From an uncultured delta proteobacterium (lineage in GTDB: Bacteria; Desulfobacterota; RBG-13-43-22): a stretch of 64,000 nt of DNA. The translations under genes were made by a program, and so were the position numbers. Of this stretch, positions 10,047 through 19,813 are shown piece by piece (the first letter of the stretch is position 1; each line of letters opens with the position of its first letter). The notes under the pieces were generated by a model. It worked only from the letters and a program-made list of their open reading frames with translations. It made no database searches and was not told the origin of the DNA. Location of the stretch: positions 1,664,001-1,728,000 of the forward strand of contig CAWBOS010000010.1 in the NCBI GenBank assembly GCA_963790475.1. The letters are read 5' to 3'.

Positions 10047-10073
10047 AAAACAAAAGCCCAAACCCATTAATGC

Positions 10074-10200
10074 CGTCTCCCCGGCGAACCCCGGATCGGG
10101 TCCGGGGCAGGCGCCGGGGTCCAGGGGTTTCTCAGGCTATGGAAAGTTTCTGGATTCCGGCTGGAGTCTATCCCGCACTTGATGCGGGACCGAAATGACG
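10074..10200. repeat. REP/REPIN-like palindromic element (family A) with nested hairpins
   Basis: CGTCTCCCCGGCGAA...GCCGGGGTCCAG ... CTGGATTCCGGC...CCGAAATGACG; related to 30644-30723 and the reverse complement of 58869-58969. Confidence 0.75.
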
Positions 10201-10324
10201 ATCCAGAGGTTAATTCATTTTAGAAAAATATCTCTGACGGGGTATTGGAAAAATAATTGATACTCTTCGGGCCGGTCTATCCCTATTGTTAACAGGCCAC
10301 ACTACAGTGTTGAGGAGATTAATA

Positions 10325-11686
10325 TTGTCACATTGGGCCTATGATTCGGTTTTCTATCACATTTACCCGCTCGGATTTTGCGGCGCTCCGCCTGAGAATG
10401 ACTTTTCCTCCCCGGCCGATCACCGTCTGGAACTGCTCTACGACTGGCTGGGGCATTTACAGAATTTAGGCGTCAATGCCCTGTACTTGGGGCCGTTATT
10501 TGAAGCCAGCGCTCACGGTTATGATACGGCCGACTATTTCCAGGTGGATCGTCGCCTGGGAAACAATGAAATGTTATCACGCCTGAGCGCCGTTCTCCAC
10601 CGGAAGAATATTCGCCTGATCCTGGACGGGGTCTTCAATCATGTGGGAAGAGATTTTTGGGCCTTCCGTGATGTCCTGAAGAACCACCCTCAGTCCGCTT
10701 ATTGCGACTGGTTCCAGGGACTTGATTTCCACAAACACAGCCCCTATAACGATCCCTTTACCTACGAGGCCTGGAACGGACATCATAACCTGGTCAAGCT
10801 CAACCTAAGCAGCCCTGCGGTTAAGGGTCACCTCTTCCAGGCGGTGGATATGTGGATTCGTGAATTTGCCATCGACGGCCTGAGATTGGATGTAGCCGAT
10901 TGCCTTGACCTCTCTTTTCTAAAGGAGCTATCGGCCTTTTGTAAAAGTCGCCGTTCCGATTTCTGGTTAGTGGGAGAGGTGATTCACGGTGACTACCGAA
11001 AATGGGTCAACCCGGAAACCCTGGATTCGGTCACCAACTACGTCGGATTCAAGGGTTTGTACTCAAGCCATGTGGACAAAAATTATTTTGAACTGGCCCA
11101 TACCCTGAATCGCCAGTTTGGAGAAAAGGGGATGTATCGGAATCTTCCCCTCTACTCTTTTGCCGATAACCATGATGTTAATCGTGTGGCCAGCCAGCTC
11201 AAAAACCCGGCCCATCTCTACCCGCTCTACAGCCTGTTGTTTACCATGCCGGGTGTCCCTTCGATCTATTATGGAAGTGAATGGGGCATCGAAGGGAAGA
11301 GAACCAGCAGAACGGACCAGGCCCTTCGGCCACGTCTTGACTATTCCCAGATCTCTAAGAACAGCCCGCACCCTGATTTGCCCGGAGTCATAAGTCGCCT
11401 GGCTCAAATCCGGCACCAATCCGAAGCCTTGCGCTACGGTAATTATCGCCCGCTTTTGGTCAAATCCGAGCAATTGGCCTTTGCCCGGCAAACACAGGAG
11501 GAGTATGTAATTGTGGCCGTCAACGCTGCAGACAAACCGGTTCCTATTGAATTACCGGTCCCGGTGAGCGGGAAGAAGCAGTTGATTGATCTTCTGAACA
11601 AAGGCGACCATTTCCCGATCCATGGGGGAAAAGCACGCATCCCTGCTTTAAATCCCTGTTGGGCGCGGATCATGACCGTCAAGTAG
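10325..11686 (+). CDS. GH13 alpha-amylase family (neopullulanase/cyclomaltodextrinase-like)
   Basis: HGYDT, DGVFNH, DGLRLDVA, GEVIHG, FADNHD catalytic regions; TTG start after GAGGAG. Confidence 0.92.
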   Translation: MSHWAYDSVFYHIYPLGFCGAPPENDFSSPADHRLELLYDWLGHLQNLGVNALYLGPLFEASAHGYDTADYFQVDRRLGNNEMLSRLSAVLHRKNIRLILDGVFNHVGRDFWAFRDVLKNHPQSAYCDWFQGLDFHKHSPYNDPFTYEAWNGHHNLVKLNLSSPAVKGHLFQAVDMWIREFAIDGLRLDVADCLDLSFLKELSAFCKSRRSDFWLVGEVIHGDYRKWVNPETLDSVTNYVGFKGLYSSHVDKNYFELAHTLNRQFGEKGMYRNLPLYSFADNHDVNRVASQLKNPAHLYPLYSLLFTMPGVPSIYYGSEWGIEGKRTSRTDQALRPRLDYSQISKNSPHPDLPGVISRLAQIRHQSEALRYGNYRPLLVKSEQLAFARQTQEEYVIVAVNAADKPVPIELPVPVSGKKQLIDLLNKGDHFPIHGGKARIPALNPCWARIMTVK

Positions 11687-11756
11687 CCGGCAGACTTGTG
11701 GATTTTACATGCTATTGAAATGAGGAATTATTGGCTGAGTAACTATCTTACTATTT

Positions 11757-14288
11757 TTAGCGACAACTCCAAACCCTATAAAGCCCCACGGCCCATTCCA
11801 TTAACGCCTTCTCGGCAATCGTCGGATCACTCAACTCTCGGTCCTGGTGGGCTACGTATTCATTTCTAAAGGTGTAGATGGTATCTGCCACCTGAAATAA
11901 ATCAGTTTGCGACAGGCCGGAAAATTTTTCCCGGACCGTTTCAAAAACGCCACCAACCCTTCGTTGTGTAGTCCGAGTATATTCCAGACACCAGCGTAGA
12001 AGTCCTATAGGCATCAACCCGTTTTGATCAACGAGAGTCCTTTCCAGGTTGGTTGCCTGGCGTTTATGAAAGTTGGCTTCCCCAACAGGCAATTCACTCA
12101 GATCAAGATGAAAAAAATCGTAGCGTCTATTTCGATCAGACGGGATTTCTTCCTGCAATTGCCTCAAGATCAGGGCCTTGGCTGCTTCATCCATTGGGCC
12201 GAGAAGGGGAGTAAAAACCGGGGCGAAAGAAATTACTTTTTTCTTTTTTAGAAATTGAAACAAAGCTAGGGGCATTTGGATCCTCATCTTTTCCACAATT
12301 TCATTGGCAAAAAGATGCCGTCCTTCATATTGAATTTCCGCGGACTTTGTTCCCCCTAAAGGCAGCGGTTCATATTTGGAGAATTCCTTTCGAATATCCC
12401 TTATCGTCATATTTTCCAGCCTGGGAATCCGGCTGTGCCCCGGAGAAATGGACGGCAGAAGAATATTGAGTTTTTTTACTTCCTTATTCTCCCGATCCGG
12501 GAAAATGGTCACTGTACTCTTAGGAACCTTTTCCACGTCCACCACTTCGATGATCAGACCTTCTTGGCTGAGTTCCTGTTGATAGAGACTCACAAAGGCG
12601 TTATGTTCGACTACGGTAACTAATTCCGAGGCCCCTCCGACGGACGGCGTCATTCGTCGCAAACCCCTTCCGACGGTCTGTTCCGGCAAGATATTAGCCT
12701 TGGAGGTATAAGGGCGAAGGGGAACAATGGTGGTCACGTTCTTGACGTCCCATCCCTCCCGAAGCATAAGGACCGAGACAATGCACTGATAAGGACTTTT
12801 GCCCGAATCCAGGTCACGAGAAAGCTCCCGTAAGATGGAGAGATTCTCTTCGCTGATTTCTTTCTCGCTCTCCACAAAAACCGGATAGCCTTTCTTCTTT
12901 CCCCCGACCCATCTGATGGTTCCTTTCAGGTTGGTATGAAGGTTGATCGTTTTGCCGTTTAACTCCAAAAACAGGGGATCGGAATTCAGCCGCTTGGTGA
13001 TCTGGTCGGCCGCTTCGGTATCCTCGCTCATAACAAAAAGCAACGGCTTTTTATCGCTTTTAATCCATTCTTCTTTAGACTTCAGCCACCGTTGGTAACC
13101 CATCATCAGATGTTGTTCAAATTTCTTCGAGGCATCTTTGCTTGGGGTTTCCGAAAGACCTTCTCTCCGGCCGATAATCGGGGTCTTGACAATGCCGCCG
13201 TCAACCGCCTCGCCCAGAGGGGCATCGCAAATAACGTGCTGAAAGATACGGCCATGATTGTCCTTAGGCGTGGCCGAAAAATCCAATTGGGCCGCCAGCC
13301 CTCCGCCGGTCCTGTTATTAATTTCCCGTTGCAGAAATCCGACCGCTTCATTCCAGGCCGAGCCCGGGTCCCAGAGGTGGTGGGCTTCATCATTTAAGAC
13401 CATAACCCTTTCATGGGCCGTAATCTGCTGACGAAGGGCCTTTCCGGTATCCAGGGCGCTTCCTTTGGAGACCTCTGGTCCCATCCATCCATAGGTTTCG
13501 GCCTCTTTCCGGGCCTTCCTTTTTCCCGGGTCATAAAGGCGGTGGATATTGGTAAGATAAAGAGTTCCCCCTGTGGCCGCACCACCCGGGGAATCCTGAA
13601 GGACCACGGTCAGATTAAAATCTCCTTTCCAGGCCACCGGGATCAATGGATCGCTGTCAAAGATACGACCATTTCCAAAGTCTTCCTTAAGCCGTTCAAA
13701 GACCGTCAGGTTGGGGGCAATTACCACAAAATGTCTGGCCAAAGGGGAATCGCTTTCCCGTAGAGAATGGAAGTAACTCCAGACAATGGCCAGGCTCATG
13801 ACCTTGGTTTTCCCGGCACCAGTAGCGAGTTTGAAGGCGTACCTGAGCCATTGGTCCTCGGCCGGATTGACCCCCAGGGCAGCCGTCTCCCGATCTTCTC
13901 CGCCAAATTCGGAAATGACTGATGACAGGCTCTTTAGTCCACGGACTTCATAAAGATAAATAAAAGTTTCAATAGCCTCCCGTTGACAAAAATAATATTT
14001 AAAAGGAATGCGTTCTCCGGCAGGATTCTCAAAAATATGGTCCCGCTCAAACCAATGATATAACAGTTCCCGGGTGGTATCCGAGGCCCCGGCATAATCC
14101 GTTTCCCGCCAATCCTTGACGAATGATCGAAGGTTGTTGGCAATGACTATGGAGGAAGGTCGTCGGCTTTTGACAACCTTGGCCGGTTGTCCGGACTTTC
14201 GGCCCGAACACGGTGGAAATTCGGTTCTTCATGAGAGGCATAAAGGTTCAAGGGCAGCGGGATTAATGATGGGGCTGGGCATTGACAT
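11757..14288 (-). pseudogene. Type III restriction (Res) SF2 helicase subunit, disrupted
   Basis: Walker A KLATGAGKT just upstream of the tracked ORF; NDEAHH, FSATP, LREGWDV, EQTVGRGLR motifs; in-frame TGA at codon 20; no PD-(D/E)xK nuclease motif seen. Confidence 0.8.
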
Positions 14289-14323
14289 CTCCCTTTTCAG
14301 AGAAAACCGAATCGCTTTAAGGT

Positions 14324-14773
14324 TTAAATCGACGCTGAGATCAGGGATTCGCCCTGGAGGGCGAGAAATTCTTTTGCGCTGACAATTTTAATCTGTCCGA
14401 CTTCATTAAGGTCAAGCAGGTGTTTATCCCCGGAGACAACAATTGGGGCCTTAGCTTCTAAGGCAAGTTCAAGAAAAATGGCATCTTCCTGATCCTCGAT
14501 TTTGATCCGTTTGGCTTTGGCTGCTGACCGTCTGGAAATAGCATAGAATTTGCTTTCAAGAATTAGGGTTTCAATAAGAGTCTCGGGGTTTCCTCCACTT
14601 TTCTCAAGAATTTTTCTGAATTTTTTTCTCCGGATAACCCTTTCAAATTCCTCTATGGTCGATTGGCTCTGAACCAAGGAGTGCTTCTCCAGAATAATTT
14701 TCAAAGCCTGAGAAGGGGGGCCTTTCCACAAAACGGCTGAAACCAACACATTGGTATCAACGACGATGTTCAT
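14324..14773 (-). CDS. PIN-domain toxin (putative TA toxin)
   Basis: VVDTNVLVSA, D.ED..FLELA, VSGDKHLL. Confidence 0.9.
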   Translation of the reverse strand: MNIVVDTNVLVSAVLWKGPPSQALKIILEKHSLVQSQSTIEEFERVIRRKKFRKILEKSGGNPETLIETLILESKFYAISRRSAAKAKRIKIEDQEDAIFLELALEAKAPIVVSGDKHLLDLNEVGQIKIVSAKEFLALQGESLISASI

Positions 14774-14993
14774 TCTCTTTCCTTGCCTTGTGGATTTCCT
14801 TGTTTATTTCTTCCATGGTCATAAAATCTTCATCCGGTTCGGCAGAAAAATCCAAAAGAGAATGAGGTTTTTTGATGATCAGGCTGTTTCCTTCTATGAT
14901 GGCAATAAATTTCTTTCGCCTCCCCAACCACTTTCTCAAGATTGAATTGGTTTTTAGAGTCTGTCCGTCCGAATAGATAACAGTAGTTTGCAT
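14757..14993 (-). CDS. Putative antitoxin (AbrB-like) for the PIN toxin
   Basis: Small upstream overlapping gene; AGGAGG RBS and TATAAT upstream; 'MTMEEINKEIHKAR' tail. Confidence 0.7.
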   Translation of the reverse strand: MQTTVIYSDGQTLKTNSILRKWLGRRKKFIAIIEGNSLIIKKPHSLLDFSAEPDEDFMTMEEINKEIHKARKENEHRR

Positions 14994-15049
14994 TTTATGT
15001 CCTCCTTGGGTTTTCCCCTTTTGCCCTTTTTGATATTATACCTCAATTT

Positions 15050-15690
15050 CAAATGATGCTCAAAGGGCTTGCCTTCCTGCCAGTTGAAGTCCACGGCCCA
15101 AAAGTCAATGAAATCAAAACCGCTTTTAATGGCCCGTTCTTTGAGCACTGCCAGTTCCTTGCTCGGCACCTCGGCCAGACTGGGAATAAATTTTTTTAAC
15201 TTAATATCCAAACGACGTTTCCCCTCTTTGGTACTGTAAACCGGCTCGGCTTCCAAAACGGCCATTTCCAGAAAAGGCGGGGGATTGGTACGACTTTTCT
15301 CCATGATCTCCCGAGGGATGGGGATCAGCTTGATCTTGACCCCTTCCGCGGCCTCCAGTTCATGGCAGATCAACCTGAGGTCCATCTCAAATTCCCAGGC
15401 CAAGCAATGGATTTCTTTCGCCCCGGCCTCATGGGCCGCCTTGACCACCGGGCTCAACTCATTTCTTGAGAAAATACTGTCTATCCCACCCGCATGGACA
15501 AAGGCCTGCCCTTTACGCCCATGAATCAAGCCATTAGTATTGGGCAACAGCTCGGCCCGGTAGAATTCCAAAACCCCTAAAGGCAGGGCGGCATACCCGG
15601 CCCCGGTCATACTGGTGCCCAGGTCGCGAAAGGCCAGCATATCCGCATACCAAAAGTACTTGGCCCATAAAGCATTTTGTCCGTTTTCCG
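15050..15690 (-). pseudogene. Chimeric remnant: DUF4065/Panacea-like antitoxin fragment fused to the C-terminal part of a Type III Mod methyltransferase
   Basis: AKYFWYADMLAFRDLGTSMTGAGYAALPLG followed in frame by VLEFYRAE...LAWEFE...FIDFWAVDFNW...PFEHH; no DPPY or FxGxG motifs. Confidence 0.65.
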
Positions 15691-15737
15691 GAGAAGAATG
15701 TCATAGAAATCAATGATTCAAACCTAATACACTTCAA

Positions 15738-16079
15738 TCATAAATTCAAAAGAATCCGAAGACGATCTTCCACAGCGGCCATTGCTTGCTGGGAAACCAG
15801 GCCCAACCGCTTGGAAAGCCTGTCTTTGGAGACGGAACGAATATCTTCACATTTGATGAAGCTTCGTTTAAGAAGTCCTCCATCGGAAATTTCAATGGGA
15901 ACATGGAAGGGTATCCCTTTTTCCTTTGAGGTGATGGGCATAACTACAATAAGCTCAGCCGGGCCCTGGTTAAACAGATCTACAGAGACAATAAGGGCAG
16001 GCCTTCTTCCGAATGGCTCGCGCCCCCGCGTGGGATTCAAATCAACCAACCAGACTTCTCCCCGTCGTGGTTCTGCCAT
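15738..16079 (-). CDS. mazF: PemK/MazF family toxin
   Basis: RGEVWLVDLNPTRGRE..GRRPALIVS, PITS, IRSVSKDRL. Confidence 0.92.
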   Translation of the reverse strand: MAEPRRGEVWLVDLNPTRGREPFGRRPALIVSVDLFNQGPAELIVVMPITSKEKGIPFHVPIEISDGGLLKRSFIKCEDIRSVSKDRLSKRLGLVSQQAMAAVEDRLRILLNL

Positions 16080-16083
16080 ATTG

Positions 16084-16329
16084 TTAGTCCCTTTGACTAT
16101 CGGACAAGGTGGCTTCCCACTGTTTTCTTTCTTCCAGCTCCGCCTTCCAATTCTTGGAGTTTTCTTTTAATACCAAATAAGCCTTGTTGGCTTCTTGAAG
16201 AAAACGATGGCGACGGTACTCCTCAATCGCCGCATCCAGGACGGTTTGAAGCGATTTCCTCTCCTGCGCGGCTATCTCCCGCAGAATATTGCTGGATTCT
16301 TTACTTATTCGAATGGTTGAACTTGACAT
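16084..16329 (-). CDS. RHH-type antitoxin partner of MazF
   Basis: TIRIS...LREIA...LDAAIEEYRR...WEATLSD; 4 bp upstream of mazF. Confidence 0.85.
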   Translation of the reverse strand: MSSSTIRISKESSNILREIAAQERKSLQTVLDAAIEEYRRHRFLQEANKAYLVLKENSKNWKAELEERKQWEATLSDSQRD

Positions 16330-16436
16330 GGTCTCTCCTTACCCAGATATCGGTTACATATGTGTATACAAAAAAGTAACCGAAATTTCAACCTATTTCT
16401 TGAGAGGGCATTTTTTAGATCAGGGATTTTTTAAAG

Positions 16437-16560
16437 TCAAAACCCAAGATTCCGGAGGATGGATTTTGAGCCTTGTCTGTTTCCCGCGCCTCTTCCTCCA
16501 GAGTATTCAATTCCTCCACGATCTCGGCCATGGCCGGTATTCCTCCTCTTCAGCGAGGTA
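16437..16560 (-). pseudogene. C-terminal remnant of a Type I RM M subunit (HsdM-like)
   Basis: Frameshifted YLAEEEEYRP/AEIVEELNTLEEEARETDKA/KSILRNLGF*, resembling HsdM C-terminal coiled coils. Confidence 0.5.
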
Positions 16561-16740
16561 GAAATAAAGACAGGGAGAAATATTTAGGGTCCTATATATC
16601 CCCCCGGCAATCGGCCCAATCTCCTTAGATTTTTTTCCCTCCACTGTTTTTTCTTCTTTTTTTCCCTTTGATCGTAATCTTATCTTATTCTATACTCCAC
16701 CATCAAAGGATATTTTCTATCTGATAGGGAGGAGGAGCCA

Positions 16741-17640
16741 ATGGAAGCGATCTGGCAGTGGGGCATCAACCTCATCATGACCATACAACAGGTCCACGGG
16801 CCGGTGCCGGACAGCATCTTCCGTGGGATAACTTTCCTGGGCGAGGAGCAGTTCTACCTCCTCTTTCTGCCTCTGATACTGTGGTGCTTCGATTACAGCT
16901 TTGGCGCCCTCCTGGCTGTCTTTTTTCTGCTCTCAAGCTCTCTCAATGTCATGTTGAAAGATTTGCTGCAGCAGCCTCGTCCCTTCGACCTCAATCCCGG
17001 CCTGAAGCTGTCCCAGGCAACGGGATATGGCCTGCCCAGCGGACACGCGCAGCTAACAGTCACGGTTTGGGGCGCCATTGCCGACAGGGTGAAAAGGCCC
17101 TGGTTCTGGTCGTTGACGGTGGTGTTGTTGCTGCTGATAGGATTCTCCCGTGTTTACCTGGGTGTACATTTTCCAACAGATGTGCTGGCCGGATGGATTA
17201 TTGCCGCACTATTGCTGGCTTTTTACATCAGGTTCAGCTCCCGGATGGGGAAGTGGTTGGCCGACCGGCACTTGGGACTTCAACTTCTACTGGCCGCAGG
17301 CGTGCCCGTTTTGCTGCTTGTGCCCAATCCCTCCCTGGAGGGACTCACCATCTCGGGCACGTTGTTCGGGGTGGGTGTTGGTTTGGTATTTGCGCGCCGT
17401 TACGTGCCTTTCAGCGCCCGGGGACGCTGGTGGAAACGCCTGGTTCGTTTTCTGGTCGGTATCATGGTGCTGTTGGCGCTTTACCTGGGGCTTAAGGCCA
17501 TGTTCCCGGCTGATGGGTCAGTGGCCGGGGCAATAGGCCGTTTCCTGCGCTATGCGCTGATAGGCGGTTGGCTGGTCATCGGCGCCCCCTGGCTTTTCCG
17601 GCTGCTGCGCCTGGCGGAGGCCTGCCGTTCAATCCCTTAG
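16741..17640 (+). CDS. PAP2 family membrane phosphatase
   Basis: K....PRP, PSGH, SRVYLGVHFPTDV motifs. Confidence 0.92.
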   Translation: MEAIWQWGINLIMTIQQVHGPVPDSIFRGITFLGEEQFYLLFLPLILWCFDYSFGALLAVFFLLSSSLNVMLKDLLQQPRPFDLNPGLKLSQATGYGLPSGHAQLTVTVWGAIADRVKRPWFWSLTVVLLLLIGFSRVYLGVHFPTDVLAGWIIAALLLAFYIRFSSRMGKWLADRHLGLQLLLAAGVPVLLLVPNPSLEGLTISGTLFGVGVGLVFARRYVPFSARGRWWKRLVRFLVGIMVLLALYLGLKAMFPADGSVAGAIGRFLRYALIGGWLVIGAPWLFRLLRLAEACRSIP

Positions 17641-17823
17641 AGTCGATGGCCGACACAACCTCTCATATCCTTAACTGGAGAAAACAAACAATTTAAAGCA
17701 GATCCATTAGTAAAATTCAATCTCCACTATCTCTGTCAATACCAAAGATTTCATAAGTCCCTCATTCAAATTTTGACCTGCCAACTAATTTTTTTATCAA
17801 AAAAAGTCTTTTTTAAAAATAAC

Positions 17824-17878
17824 TTGACTTTTACTTGAGAATAGGTAATGTAATATTACAATCATATTTTTATACTAT
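17824..17878 (+). promoter_or_regulatory. Promoter/operator shared with 7598-7652
   Basis: TTGACTTTTACTTGAGAATAGGTAATGTAATATTACAATCATA...ATACTAT. Confidence 0.7.
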
Positions 17879-17917
17879 AATAACAAATAACCAAAAGAAC
17901 GCGGAGGTTTTCTATCT

Positions 17918-19534
17918 ATGTTGGTCGATGATTTTTCATTAGAAACCGTTGAGGCGGGAGGTTATCCGATACAAACCTTCAAAAACCGCTTCCCGAATTT
18001 GTGGGAAATGTTTTTTCATAGCGCTTCCACTTATCGGGATGAAATATGTCTGATCGAAGGACAAAGGCGGATCACCTTCGGACAGGCGGCGGATCTGGCG
18101 ATTCGCCTGGCTGCCCACATCAAAGAAAAAACAGGTGCCGGCCGCGGTGACCATGTCGGCCTCTTGATGGAGAACTCTATCGGTTTTATTATTTCCTTTT
18201 GGGCCATCCAGAAGATGGGGGCAGTGGCGGTTATTTTTAATACCCGCTTAGCCGCGCCGGAACTGAAGCGGCAGCTACAATTTTCCGATTTGAGAGTACT
18301 ACTGTCTTCCCCGCTTTTGTCATCGAAAGTTCAGGAGATCCCTTCTCAAGAACTCAATTTCCACCAGGTGGTACTCGAGTATGACCGGCTGATGCACCTC
18401 CCCGGAGGGGAACAGACACCGCCTTCGAAGGGGATTTCCGAAGATGATACGGCCTTTATTCTTTTCACCTCCGGGACCTCGGGGACACCAAAAGGGGTTA
18501 TGCTCACCCATCGCAATATTATTACTTGCGCCTTCAGGTCCGGCGCAACGATCGCTCAGGGATTGGCCCTGGCTGCTTCTTCAGGCTCCCCGGTCCAGGA
18601 ATCATCCAAAAAGCAATATATGCTGATCGTCGCTCCCCTGTTTCACATCATGGCCATAGAGCAAATGTCGGCGGCCGTATTTCTGGGACGGGGCAGTATT
18701 CTGCTGGCCTCTTTCAACCCCCAGGAAATTATGGAACTTGTAAACCGGGGAGAACTCTTTGGCCTTACCGGAACGCCGACCATGTATTGGCTGCTCCTTA
18801 ATAAAACGGCCATTCGGCGATCTAAAGTGGAAAGTATCAGGAGGCTTGGTTTTGGCGCGGCCCCCATGGCGCCCGATTTATTGAAAGAACTAAAAGAAGT
18901 TTTTCCTTCTGCCCGCCTCAGGAATGGCTATGGACTGACCGAAGCCCCTTCCATCAGCGCCCTGCCCGACTTGTATATGGAAACCCATCCGACTTCGGTC
19001 GGAAAACCGACCTTATGTACCAAAGTAAAGATTGTCGATCCCCTGAGCCGAGAAGAACTGGGATCGAATGTTGTGGGTGAATTGGCGGTACGCGGCGCCC
19101 TGGTCACCAAGGGGTATTACAAAGTGCCGGAAGAAACCGCCAAAGTGTATCAAGAGGGATGGTTTTACACCGGCGACATGGCCTATCAGGATAGGGATGG
19201 ATTCCTCTTCCTGGTTGGACGCAGCCGGGAGATGATCAATCGTGGAGGAGAAAATGTCTACCCGGTAGAGGTGGAAAATGTCCTCCATCTTCACCCCAAA
19301 ATTCTGGATGTGGCCGTTTTTGGCCTGCCCGATCCGGTCATGGGCAGCATCGTGGTCTGTGCGATAGTCCCCAGACCGGGTGCCGGAAAAATTACAGTAC
19401 AAGAAATACAGGCCTACTGCCAGGATCAATTGGCTCCTTATAAAATTCCTCAGAAGGTATTCTTTTTAGCCGAAATGCCGACCAATCCGGGAGGAAAGGT
19501 GATGAAGAATAGACTCGTCGAACAATTTTCCTGA
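17918..19534 (+). CDS. Acyl-CoA synthetase (class I adenylate-forming)
   Basis: FTSGTSGTPKG, GYGLTE, YTGD, RGGENVYP, PTNPGGK. Confidence 0.93.
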   Translation: MLVDDFSLETVEAGGYPIQTFKNRFPNLWEMFFHSASTYRDEICLIEGQRRITFGQAADLAIRLAAHIKEKTGAGRGDHVGLLMENSIGFIISFWAIQKMGAVAVIFNTRLAAPELKRQLQFSDLRVLLSSPLLSSKVQEIPSQELNFHQVVLEYDRLMHLPGGEQTPPSKGISEDDTAFILFTSGTSGTPKGVMLTHRNIITCAFRSGATIAQGLALAASSGSPVQESSKKQYMLIVAPLFHIMAIEQMSAAVFLGRGSILLASFNPQEIMELVNRGELFGLTGTPTMYWLLLNKTAIRRSKVESIRRLGFGAAPMAPDLLKELKEVFPSARLRNGYGLTEAPSISALPDLYMETHPTSVGKPTLCTKVKIVDPLSREELGSNVVGELAVRGALVTKGYYKVPEETAKVYQEGWFYTGDMAYQDRDGFLFLVGRSREMINRGGENVYPVEVENVLHLHPKILDVAVFGLPDPVMGSIVVCAIVPRPGAGKITVQEIQAYCQDQLAPYKIPQKVFFLAEMPTNPGGKVMKNRLVEQFS

Positions 19535-19560
19535 ATTGGATGTAAAAGAAAAAGTTTTTG

Positions 19561-19752
19561 TTCACCGCAGACGCAAAGGACCCAGAGAGAATCATTCTTA
19601 TTCAATCCCCTGAGAGGCGGGATTGAATAACCCAGTTCTGGCCTCCATTCAAACAATCACCCGCAGGGTAGGGAATGTTATTGATTGCCAGCCCCTCACC
19701 GGCAATCAATAAAAATATTTTTTCTTTGCGCCCTCTGCGTCTTTGCGGTGAA
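19561..19752. repeat. MITE/REP-like multi-hairpin element (family B)
   Basis: Terminal IR TTCACCGCAGACGCAAAG / CTCTGCGTCTTTGCGGTGAA; internal hairpins TTATTCAATCCC..GGGATTGAATAA and TTATTGATTGCC..GGCAATCAATAA. Confidence 0.7.
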
Positions 19753-19813
19753 AACAGTTATTTTAATAGGCCGAACTTCAAAAAAAAAGCAAATGACAGA
19801 AAAGGAGAAAAGA

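Noticed and set aside
19685-19813. N-terminal extensions of tracked ORFs (also 38743-38934, 7273-7476, 53689-53799)
   Set aside because: They run through repeats or leaders. Better starts with RBS and family-typical N-termini lie downstream.
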